Of a stretch of 64,000 nt of DNA, positions 9,329-17,928 are shown piece after piece. The first letter of the stretch is position 1. The number at the start of each line of letters is the position of its first letter. Below the pieces are notes generated by a model, which was not told the origin of the DNA, made no database searches, and saw nothing but the letters and a program-made list of their open reading frames with translations. The stretch is from Terriglobia bacterium (GTDB taxonomy: Bacteria > Acidobacteriota > Terriglobia > 20CM-2-55-15): positions 224,001-288,000 of the forward strand of contig CBDAOY010000008.1 of the NCBI GenBank assembly GCA_965198225.1, written 5' to 3'. The position numbers were made by a program, and so were the translations under genes.

Positions 9329-10708
9329 TCAGATAGAGATTTCCTCTCCGGTGCTGTCGCCGATTTCGGTTATATCAACCCCGAGCCTGTGCAGGACGGT
9401 CAGCCAGAGATTTGCCAGGGGAGTTCCTTCCTCGTTCTTGACATGGAGGTTGCCCCGGACCTGTCCGCTGGCGTGGCCGGCAAGGAATATCGGTAGCCGC
9501 AGGTGTTCGTGAACGTGGGAGTCTCCCATGGGACTGCCGTACACGACGAGAGAGTGGTCTAAGAGATTCCCGTCGCCGTCGGGGGTGTTTCTGAGCTTTT
9601 CCAGAAACGGCGCCACCCGGCTGACGTGATACTCGTTCAGCTGGGCGAACTCCGTGATCTTGTCGGGAAGGGAGCCGTGATGCGAAGCCGAATGGAACGG
9701 TGTCGTCACTCCGCTTTCCGGATAGATCGCCGAACTGACGTCCATCGCCATCTTGAAGGCCGAGACGCGGGTGGTCTCGGTCATGAAGGCCAGTGCCTGC
9801 AGATCCCACATCAGGCTCACATGTTCCTCGAACGAATCGGGCACGCCGACCGGAGCGTCCGGCAACGACCGCTCTCCGGACTGGTCGCTGTTGTACTGCT
9901 CGATCTTCTCTATCCGCCGCTCGATCTCGCGCACGTCTTCGAGATACTGACTGAGCCGGCTGCGGTCGCTCGGCGACAGATCCTTCGCGAGGCGGGTAAC
10001 CGACTGCGTGATCCGGTCCAGAACGCTGTTCTGCTCCCGGAGTCGCAACGCGCGCTCCTCGGCCGAGCCGCCGGCGCCGAACAAACGCTCGAAGACCACG
10101 CGTGGGTTTCTTTCCAGGGGCAGAGGACTTGTCGCGTCAGCCCAGCTGATCGTGTAGGAGTAGACGCAGGAATAGCCGTAGCCGCACGATCCCTTCAGCG
10201 AACCGCCGTCTTCGATGCCCAGCTGAATGGACGGCAAGGGGGTGTCCTGGCCGTGTGCTTGAGCGTAAAGCTGGTCTATCGACGGACCGCAATAGAAATC
10301 CGCACCCTCGGTCATCTTGGGCTTCGCGGCAGTCAGGAAGGTTGCGGCGGCACGCGTATGGTCGGCCCCCTCCTCCTTCAGTGAATGTGCCCTGGCGTTC
10401 TCGAGATCCGTGTTCGTGACGATCGTGAGATAGTCCTGGTACGGCTCCAGCGACTTCAACGTCGGCGTGATCTCGAAATCCGAGCCTTCCTTGGCGGGCG
10501 ACCAGAGGTTCAGCTTCTGGCCTGTTCGGGTGCTGCCACCCGCTCCATGCACGATTTCTATCGTACAGAGGCGGGATTTCGGAACCGCGGCCGTCTGACG
10601 CAATGGCGTCGCTGCCGGCGCCATTGCTTCCAGAAACGGCAACGCCACGGCAGCGCCCATGCCGCGGAGGACCGTGCGGCGGGACATGTGCTTCTTGGTG
10701 ATAAACAT
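9329..10708 (-). CDS. DUF1552 (HXXSHH) family protein with Tat-like signal (cassette 1)
   Basis: MFITKKHMSRRTVLRG..ALPFLEAM; PFHSASHHG; TPDGDGNLLD; C-terminal GDSTG. Confidence 0.9.
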   Translation of the reverse strand: MFITKKHMSRRTVLRGMGAAVALPFLEAMAPAATPLRQTAAVPKSRLCTIEIVHGAGGSTRTGQKLNLWSPAKEGSDFEITPTLKSLEPYQDYLTIVTNTDLENARAHSLKEEGADHTRAAATFLTAAKPKMTEGADFYCGPSIDQLYAQAHGQDTPLPSIQLGIEDGGSLKGSCGYGYSCVYSYTISWADATSPLPLERNPRVVFERLFGAGGSAEERALRLREQNSVLDRITQSVTRLAKDLSPSDRSRLSQYLEDVREIERRIEKIEQYNSDQSGERSLPDAPVGVPDSFEEHVSLMWDLQALAFMTETTRVSAFKMAMDVSSAIYPESGVTTPFHSASHHGSLPDKITEFAQLNEYHVSRVAPFLEKLRNTPDGDGNLLDHSLVVYGSPMGDSHVHEHLRLPIFLAGHASGQVRGNLHVKNEEGTPLANLWLTVLHRLGVDITEIGDSTGEEISI

Positions 10709-10789
10709 ACGGTGCTCCTTTTAGCTCTTGAATATGTCTACGCTCGGTTTCTGACCGATCTACAACCGGATCTAAAATGGAGGGCGCGC

Positions 10790-13270
10790 CTACGGCACCC
10801 GTCCAGCGGCGGCGTCGAGGCCAGCCGCATCTACCGTTGGTGACTCCGCTCTTTTCAACCGGAATGGCGGGCTTTCCACGATACCCATGACGATGGATGT
10901 GAACCGATAGTCGTTCCCGGCCGCTTCTCGTTCGATCTGGCGAATCACGGGCATATCGACGTGTGTGACCCCGCGGCCCAGCGCGTAGGTCGTGAGGCGG
11001 ACGATGAAATTCCTCACAATCGAACCCTCATATTTCATCAGGGCCTGGCGAAGACTGGCAGGGCCGTTCACCTTGGTGCCGTCCACCAACTCGGACGACG
11101 GATCGACGGGGTAGCCACTGTCGAGATCGCGCCAGACTCCAATGGCGTCGAAGTTCTCGAGCGCCATGCCTATCGGATCGATGATCTTGTGACACGAGGC
11201 GCACGGTTCGACCATGCGGTGCTTCTCCAGACGCTCGCGCACCGATTGCAGCCTTACGGCGTCACCCCCAACCACGTTGTTTTCCTCCAGCTCAGGGACA
11301 ACGGGGGGGGGTACTGGGGGGGGCACACCCAGAATCTGTTCCAGAACCCACTTGCCGCGCACCACCGGGGATGTCCGATTCGAGAACGACGTGACGGTCA
11401 AAATGCCGCCGTGGCCCAGGAGCCCGAAACGGTTTTCATCGGTCAGCGTCACTCGCCGGAATCTGCTTCCGAGGACGTTGGGTATCCCGTAGTGCTTCGC
11501 GAGGCGTTCATCGACGAACGTATAGTTCGCCGTCAGCAGTTCGAACACGCTGCGATCCTCGCGCATGATGTGGTCGAAGAGGAGTTCCGTTTCGCGCCTC
11601 ATCGATTCGAAGAGATTCTCGTCGGAGTCGGGATACAGGTAGACGTCGGGAAGCACGTCCCTCAGATTGCGCAAAAGCAGCCACTGCACGGCGAAATTTG
11701 TCGCCAGCGATTCGGCGCGCGGGTCAGCCAGCATGCGCCGCACCTGCTGCTCGAGCACCGCGGGGTCGGAGAGCCTTCCTTCCCCGGCGACGGAAACGAG
11801 TTCATCGTCGGGCGTCGAACTCCACAGGAAATGCGACAGCCGGGAAGCCAGCTCCAGGTCGCTGATGGGATAGGCGGCGCCCGGGGCGACACCGGCCGGC
11901 GCGCGTTCGAAGCGGAAAACAAATTCGGGGTTCGCGATGATGAACTGCACGGCCAGACGGATTCCCGAGTCGAAGTCTCCGAGCCCGCGACCGTCATAGT
12001 ATGCCGCCATCAACTCTTCGAGGTGTTCCCCCGTCAATGGCTTCCGAAACGCCTGCTGCGCCAGCGTCGTGACGATCCGACGGGCGCACGGCTCCTCCTC
12101 GTCCGGGGTCGCCGGCTGGCAGACCAGAATCTTCCGGCGGCTCGGCATGTCGCTCACACCGGTCGCATTGTGCGGACCCTCGATCACTAGATCCGCCAGG
12201 TGCACCAGCGTTGTCACTCCAAAAGCCTGGCCGAGGAAATCATCTCTCAAGCTGCGTTCCGGCTGGTGCATGAAGTCGTCGATGGGACCGTCGGCCTTCG
12301 TGATGAACGAAGCTGTGACCCTTTGCGGTCCCGCCTCCACTCGAACCGGGTCCGTTCGAAAGTCGTTTTCACCGGCCAGCAGCAGCGGGTCGATGTCAAA
12401 CAGCCCGACCCTCTCGCCGTTAACGGTCACCTCGAGTTGCTCGCCCTCGCCGGTGCTCCCGAACAGAAACGTGTTTCTCGTGAAGTAGAGTGACATCCTG
12501 AAGACATATTCCGCGTCGGCCGGGAAGTTGTGCACGATGGCCATGCCTCCGCGCGTCCCGAATGGCGTGCCTTCAATGTGACGAAGCTGGGAAAAGGTCG
12601 TTGGGATTTTGTACGGCTCGACAGTGGACGACATCTCGGCATCGCCGATTGCAAGACGGCTGATCTTCCCGGCCGCTCGGACGTATGATTCCATCAGCGT
12701 CGGGTTCGATGTCAGGACATCCGCGATGTTGTCGAAGCCGTATGTCATGTTGTCGGCCGGCAGGAGCGATTCCACGTCGATGTCCAGTTCGAGAAGGTCG
12801 CGGATGGAGTTGCTGTATTCGGTTCGGTTGAGCCGATAAAGGGCCGGCCGGCCGGGGTTCGGTTCGGCCAGGGCAACTCGGTCGATGTTCCCTTCGAGTG
12901 CGTCAACGAAGGACTGGACGGTGTCCCACTCCGGCCGCGGCATTCCGGCCGGGGGCATCATGCCTCCTCGCAGCTTGAGAATGATCTCTTCGGCCAGCTC
13001 TGCGTTCTGGTCGGGATGCGACAGGTCAATGTCGGAGAGTGAGAAATCTCCCGTTCGCAGGTCGTCGTCGTGGCAGGAGCCGCAATACTGTTCGGCAAAT
13101 CCCCGTTGTGATTCCACCGACATCGTTCCGGCTGCTTGAGATGCCGTAGTCATCCCCGATGGACTGGTTGCCGTCGGGACGCCATTCACCGTGGCGAACG
13201 TCATCGACGTTTGTGCCAGCACCAGAGCTGCCAATAAGACCAAACCACCGAGAATCCAAACTCTCTTCAT
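10790..13270 (-). CDS. PSD/PSCyt (DUF1587/1595/1592/1588/1585) di-heme cytochrome c domain protein (cassette 1)
   Basis: CGSCH..GMMPP; RLNRTEYSNSIRDLL; ELASRLSHFLWSS; TSPVVRGKWVL; CASCH; YALGR. Confidence 0.9.
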   Translation of the reverse strand: MKRVWILGGLVLLAALVLAQTSMTFATVNGVPTATSPSGMTTASQAAGTMSVESQRGFAEQYCGSCHDDDLRTGDFSLSDIDLSHPDQNAELAEEIILKLRGGMMPPAGMPRPEWDTVQSFVDALEGNIDRVALAEPNPGRPALYRLNRTEYSNSIRDLLELDIDVESLLPADNMTYGFDNIADVLTSNPTLMESYVRAAGKISRLAIGDAEMSSTVEPYKIPTTFSQLRHIEGTPFGTRGGMAIVHNFPADAEYVFRMSLYFTRNTFLFGSTGEGEQLEVTVNGERVGLFDIDPLLLAGENDFRTDPVRVEAGPQRVTASFITKADGPIDDFMHQPERSLRDDFLGQAFGVTTLVHLADLVIEGPHNATGVSDMPSRRKILVCQPATPDEEEPCARRIVTTLAQQAFRKPLTGEHLEELMAAYYDGRGLGDFDSGIRLAVQFIIANPEFVFRFERAPAGVAPGAAYPISDLELASRLSHFLWSSTPDDELVSVAGEGRLSDPAVLEQQVRRMLADPRAESLATNFAVQWLLLRNLRDVLPDVYLYPDSDENLFESMRRETELLFDHIMREDRSVFELLTANYTFVDERLAKHYGIPNVLGSRFRRVTLTDENRFGLLGHGGILTVTSFSNRTSPVVRGKWVLEQILGVPPPVPPPVVPELEENNVVGGDAVRLQSVRERLEKHRMVEPCASCHKIIDPIGMALENFDAIGVWRDLDSGYPVDPSSELVDGTKVNGPASLRQALMKYEGSIVRNFIVRLTTYALGRGVTHVDMPVIRQIEREAAGNDYRFTSIVMGIVESPPFRLKRAESPTVDAAGLDAAAGRVP

Positions 13271-13398
13271 GAACGTATCCCCGTCGGCTGTCGCCTGTCG
13301 AAGGCCCTGGGTTCGAGGGCAAGACGCGTCTCACGATTGCGCACACCCCGCCCCCAGGAATTTGCATAGAACAAAATATATAGAGTAACCCGTCGACG

Positions 13399-13427
13399 AT
13401 TATAGAAGGCATGCTACCGATCTACAA
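13399..13427 (-). promoter_or_regulatory. Candidate sigma70 promoter for cassette 1
   Basis: TTGTAG-N17-TATAAT on minus strand. Confidence 0.5.
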
Positions 13428-13471
13428 CAAAATATAGGGGGAAAAAGAGGCGTTAGGCCGCTGCGCGGCCA

Positions 13472-13950
13472 GTAGGCCGTAGGCCGTTGATGTGTTGCTC
13501 GGCGCGGTTTGGTCGGTAACTGGCGAGGGGCGAGTTTGTTCCGTAGGCCGTAGGCCGTTGATGTGTTGCTTAACGACAAGCTGCTGGTGACTGGCGAGGT
13601 GTGGACGGCAAGACCAAATGGTGTCGGACAATTAGGTAAAATACGTCGCCAGTCACCAACCGATCCTCGCTGGGTCGAAACCACAACGGCCTACGGCCTA
13701 CGAAAGACGGGCGGGACGGGGAAGTGACAAGTGACGAGTCAAAATTGACCAGTAAGAGCGTTGGGCCGCTGGGCGGACGAGTCAAAATTGACCACGTAGG
13801 CCGTAGGCCGTTGATGCGTTGCTTACTGACAAGCCGCGGGTAACTGGCGAGGCGTGGACGGCAAGACCACAATGCTGCAATAGGCAAAATGCGTCGCCAG
13901 TCACCAACAGATCCTCGCTGGGCCGAAACCACAACGGCCTACGGCCTACG
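13472..13950. repeat. Two ~160-bp elements with 19-bp terminal inverted repeats (13542-13702, 13795-13950) plus a truncated copy
   Basis: CGTAGGCCGTAGGCCGTTG ... CAACGGCCTACGGCCTACG ends; internal inverted pair GGTGACTGGCGA/TCGCCAGTCACC. Confidence 0.8.
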
Positions 13951-14000
13951 AAAGACGGGCGGATGACGGGACGGGAAGTGACGATGACGAGTGAGAAGGT

Positions 14001-14066
14001 GTAGGTGGGCTCTATGAGCGCACGTCGTTTCGGCTCGAAGAATGTGCGGTCATAGACCGCACCTAC
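14001..14066. repeat. Single REP doublet (REPIN-like), same family as 5491-6429
   Basis: GTAGGTGGGCTCTATGAGCGCAC-N20-GTGCGGTCATAGACCGCACCTAC downstream of suyB. Confidence 0.85.
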
Positions 14067-14091
14067 ACTTCCTTTACGTCGCAGCAGCTTT

Positions 14092-15249
14092 TCAGGCGCT
14101 GCGGTAAAGTTTGGTGAGGACAAATTCCTCGTGTCCGAGTACCTCCGCCGCCGTCCGTCTTCCGTTCATCGTGCGGACCAGCATGTCGATCAATGCGTCG
14201 CCGGCCTGATCGAGATTCATTTCACGGCGCAGGATGCCGCTGATGTCGACGTCGATGTGCTCCGACATGGTTTCCACGGTGATCGGGTTGGCGGTGGTCT
14301 TGATGACCGGGATGATCGGATGGCCGACGATGTTTCCCTGACCCGTCGTGAAGAAATGGACGACCGACCCGGCGGCGGCCCACAGAGTGATCGCTTCCGC
14401 CGCCGCCGATGAAGTGTCCATAAACCACAGCCCCGGGCCCGTGGGTGCTTCGGCGGGCTTCAGGACCCCGATATACTTCGTCTTACCGATTTTCTGAAGG
14501 TTCCCGAGCGCCTTCTCTTCGATCGTCGTCAACCCGCCCGTGATGTTTCCCTTGGTGGGCTGGGATCCCAGCAGATCCACGCCCTGGCCCACTATGAAGT
14601 CGTTGTAGTCGCTCCAGGTCTTGTAGAACGCCTCCTGAACTTCAGGGGTTGCGCCTTGCGCCTTAGCGATTTCCTCGGCGCCCGTAATCTCCGAGGTTTC
14701 GCCGAACATGAATGTCGTTCCCATGGGAACGATTCTGTCCACGACGTTACCGATGGCGGGATTGGAGGCAAGCCCGGATGTCGTGTCCGATTCGCCGCAC
14801 TTCGTCGACAGGGTGAGATCCTCGAAGGTGCACTCGGTCCGTTCCTGCTCCGACGCCCACTGTACGAATTCCATCGCTTTTCGCGACGCCATCTCGACGG
14901 TCTTGAGATCGCCGTGGCGCTCGATGGCAAACCCGGCAACCGGTTTGCCGGTTTTCGCGATGCCGTCGACGAGCCGCTGGGTCCAGATGGGCTCGATGCC
15001 GATGACCACGCAAGCCGCCACGTTCGGGTTGGCGCCCGTACCAATCAAAGTGTCGAAGTACAGTTCCAGATCCTCGCCAAACTGCAGTCGGCCGTACGGG
15101 TGAGGCAGGGCGATAGTGCCGCGAATATGACTGGCAACCGCTTCACAGGCAGAGTTCGACAGGTCGTCGAGCGGAAGAATCACCACGTGATTTCGAACCC
15201 CGACGGTGCCGTTGCCGCGTCGATACCCTTGGAAGACAATCTTCTCCAT
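14092..15249 (-). CDS. suyB: (2R)-sulfolactate sulfo-lyase beta subunit (UxaA family)
   Basis: Start corrected to [11 protein letters not shown]; [60 protein letters not shown] and terminal LTKLYRSA match recalled SuyB sequences. Confidence 0.82.
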   Translation of the reverse strand: MEKIVFQGYRRGNGTVGVRNHVVILPLDDLSNSACEAVASHIRGTIALPHPYGRLQFGEDLELYFDTLIGTGANPNVAACVVIGIEPIWTQRLVDGIAKTGKPVAGFAIERHGDLKTVEMASRKAMEFVQWASEQERTECTFEDLTLSTKCGESDTTSGLASNPAIGNVVDRIVPMGTTFMFGETSEITGAEEIAKAQGATPEVQEAFYKTWSDYNDFIVGQGVDLLGSQPTKGNITGGLTTIEEKALGNLQKIGKTKYIGVLKPAEAPTGPGLWFMDTSSAAAEAITLWAAAGSVVHFFTTGQGNIVGHPIIPVIKTTANPITVETMSEHIDVDISGILRREMNLDQAGDALIDMLVRTMNGRRTAAEVLGHEEFVLTKLYRSA

Positions 15250-15251
15250 CG

Positions 15252-15530
15252 CTACCACCTCGTAGTCTTCAGGTTGTGGGTGTGGACATGATCCCCGACC
15301 TCGAAGCTCTCTGACGCGATGCCGATGCTCACGCCGTACTTGATGACCTCTTCTCCCTTTCCTCGGGGGCTGATGGCGATCTTGTGGCCGAGTGGAATGT
15401 CCTCGGTCGCGGTCAGGGTCGACGTGGAGTCGTCCTCCATGGTCCAACCCTCCACCGATTCACCTTTCTTGAGATCGACCACCGCAACGCCCACCTGGTC
15501 CACCGTGTTGTGTCGAATGAATCCGATCAT
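15252..15530 (-). CDS. suyA: Sulfolactate sulfo-lyase alpha subunit (SAF domain)
   Basis: [30 protein letters not shown]; immediately upstream of suyB; start at MIGFIRH. Confidence 0.8.
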   Translation of the reverse strand: MIGFIRHNTVDQVGVAVVDLKKGESVEGWTMEDDSTSTLTATEDIPLGHKIAISPRGKGEEVIKYGVSIGIASESFEVGDHVHTHNLKTTRW

Positions 15531-15733
15531 TGTTGAAGTTTCCTCGCTGGTCAGTCTGGCGCATCGCCCCGCTCCGTTGATCCGGCGGTACCGGAAGAGC
15601 GTAAACCCCGGCAGCCAGGCGGGGAAAAGCGGCGACATCGTAGCACAGGTGTCGGAACCCGCCGCGCCAAATCAGTTGAATCGTCAGCCGGAAACCCGCC
15701 GGCCATCAGCGTCGCGAAGCCCACCGCCGCGGC

Positions 15734-16660
15734 TCAGTTCTGGGTGTCGAGTTCTCCGCGAAGTTCCATCAGGATGCGGTCGACAGCGATCGGAAGGTTG
15801 CGGTACGCGTTGATCAGCGTGGCATATTTCTTCAGCGGAGAACGATCCATGATTTCGTCTCTGCTCAGACGCCGATCGTAATAGCCCTTGACCTCGGCCC
15901 GCATGTCGAGCAGATCGTCGCGCATCTGGCGCACGGTTTCACGGAGCCGACCCCCGTTCTCCACGATTCCGTGGCCCGGGATGAAGATGTCCGCGTCGAG
16001 TTCCAGGACCCGGTTCAGGGTTTCGATCCATTCGGTGGGGTATCCGGAACGCAAACCGGGGAACTGCTTGTTGAAGAAAATCTCACTCAGGAAGACGACC
16101 CTTTCGTCCGGAAGGTAGATCACGCTGTCGCCCTCGGTGTGGGCCCGGCCCAGAAAACCGATGCGTATCTGCTTGTCGCCGAGAAAGAGCGTAAGGCTGT
16201 CCTCGTATGTCATCACGGGAGGGGCTTGAGGTATATCAGTGGCCCTCTCGTAGTATTGCAGTAACCCCTGCCTGGCCTTCCGGTGCCCGACGATCAAAGC
16301 TCCGGCGTCTCGAAACAGATGGTTTCCGTTGGTGTGATCGGGGTGCCAGCTACAGTTGATCAGGTACTTGATCGGCTGGTCGGTCAGCTTGCGAATCTCG
16401 TCGATCAGTTTCTGCGCTTTGACATCGCTTTCATGAGCGTCACCGACATGTCCCAGTTCGTCACCGACGAGGACACCCTCTTCGGTGATCACCACCAGCG
16501 AGCTCACCGTGGCGGGGTCCTGGCTGCCGTCCGATTCGGTGTAGACATAGACGCCGTCCGCAACGCGCTGCATCCCGAGCTGATCCTGTCCGAAAACTTG
16601 TGGCGCTGCGGCGATGATTGTCACCGTGCCGATGAGCATGGGGAGCCGAAACCAGGTCAT
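15734..16660 (-). CDS. Exported metallo-beta-lactamase-fold (cyclase-like) protein
   Basis: Signal peptide; SWHPDHTNGN, RAHTEGD, IPGHG. Confidence 0.8.
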   Translation of the reverse strand: MTWFRLPMLIGTVTIIAAAPQVFGQDQLGMQRVADGVYVYTESDGSQDPATVSSLVVITEEGVLVGDELGHVGDAHESDVKAQKLIDEIRKLTDQPIKYLINCSWHPDHTNGNHLFRDAGALIVGHRKARQGLLQYYERATDIPQAPPVMTYEDSLTLFLGDKQIRIGFLGRAHTEGDSVIYLPDERVVFLSEIFFNKQFPGLRSGYPTEWIETLNRVLELDADIFIPGHGIVENGGRLRETVRQMRDDLLDMRAEVKGYYDRRLSRDEIMDRSPLKKYATLINAYRNLPIAVDRILMELRGELDTQN

Positions 16661-16928
16661 GTATCACTCCTTTCTGCCGACGGTTGGATGAGAGACGGGC
16701 GCTGGGCGACGCGACGGCAGGTCAAGGTCGTTTCAGCGCTTCGGAAAAGGTCGGATGATTCTAGCAGCACATGAATGCCCAGTCGAGAATCAGCAAGCGG
16801 CGGGTGTCAGGGATAGCGACGGCGTTGCCGGTTTCGTCGTTTCACCATCGCCGTCTTCTCCCGATCGGCCAGCTACACAAGCTTCGTGTTCGACGATCCG
16901 AGATAATTTGCTATATTTCCCAGATCGC

Positions 16929-17747
16929 ATGTCCATGTTTAGTCGACGCGCCAACAAACTCGCGCTCTTTCTCGTCCCCGCAGCGATGATCGCCGGAAGC
17001 CTCAGCGTTTTCTCCGCCGCCGCCGGTCAGGCTAGCGCAAGCCACGCCCAAAGCGCCGACCAGAAGACCGTCTGGGACGGCGTGTACACGTCTGCTCAGG
17101 CGAATCGAGGCCTCGTTGAATATCAGGCCAGCTGTAGTGGGTGCCATCGGGGCGAGCTCGACGGCGACACCGGCCTCAGCATGGATGGCCGACTGCGCGG
17201 AGACGGTTTCATGAAGCGCTGGATGGGGACCAGCCTGGACGGTCTTTTCACCGCGATCCAGGCCACGATGCCCCCTGAGAACGCCGGGGGCCTGAGTGCG
17301 AACGCCTACCTCGACATCGTCGCCCTGCTCCTGCGCGCGAACTCTTTCCCGGCCGGTGATGGAGAGCTGAGGGCGGATCTGCTCGGAAGCATTCTGATCG
17401 AAGGGGAACATGGGCCGGAACCACTGCCCAGCTTTTCGTTCGTTCAGCTGGTCGGCTGCCTCACCAAAGGCGCGGACGACACGTGGAACCTGACCCATGC
17501 CAGTGAACCGGTCCGGACGACGGAAACCGATCACTCCACCCCGGAAGAGCGGGAGGCCGCCCAAGCAAAGCCACTGGGGACGCAAACGTTCCGGCTACAG
17601 AATTTTGAGTATCTCGGGACGGATTTCAGCCCCGACGGGCACAGGGACCACAGGATGCAGACCAAGGGTGTCCTGATCAGAGTGGCCTCCGGTGACCGTA
17701 TCCAACTGACTTTGATGGAGATGCTGGCTCCGCGCTGCGATCCGTGA
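16929..17747 (+). CDS. Monoheme cytochrome c with C-terminal domain
   Basis: Signal peptide; TVWDGVYTSAQA.RG, CSGCH, TMPP distal Met; start uncertain (16929/16935). Confidence 0.8.
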   Translation: MSMFSRRANKLALFLVPAAMIAGSLSVFSAAAGQASASHAQSADQKTVWDGVYTSAQANRGLVEYQASCSGCHRGELDGDTGLSMDGRLRGDGFMKRWMGTSLDGLFTAIQATMPPENAGGLSANAYLDIVALLLRANSFPAGDGELRADLLGSILIEGEHGPEPLPSFSFVQLVGCLTKGADDTWNLTHASEPVRTTETDHSTPEEREAAQAKPLGTQTFRLQNFEYLGTDFSPDGHRDHRMQTKGVLIRVASGDRIQLTLMEMLAPRCDP

Positions 17748-17784
17748 CCCCGCCTTGCGCCCACCGATTCTGTCCGCAATTTGA

Positions 17785-17814
17785 TTGCAGACAGGGGGGG
17801 TGCCGTCCTATAAT
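17785..17814 (+). promoter_or_regulatory. Candidate sigma70 promoter for cassette 2
   Basis: TTGCAG-N18-TATAAT with a G7 run in the spacer. Confidence 0.45.
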
Positions 17815-17928
17815 TCGCCCAGGTTTTTGCGTCATTTATCGAAATAATAACAAGTGGCCCTTCGGAACCCTCAAGTGATGGATCGTCGAGGGGGCCCGAC
17901 CCAGTCCCCGCAGCCGGTAGAAAGACCG

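Noticed and set aside
15250-15447. N-terminal extension of the 451-aa ORF (suyA-suyB fusion)
   Set aside because: Extension is an out-of-frame read of suyA, which has its own stop at 15252; suyB starts at 15249
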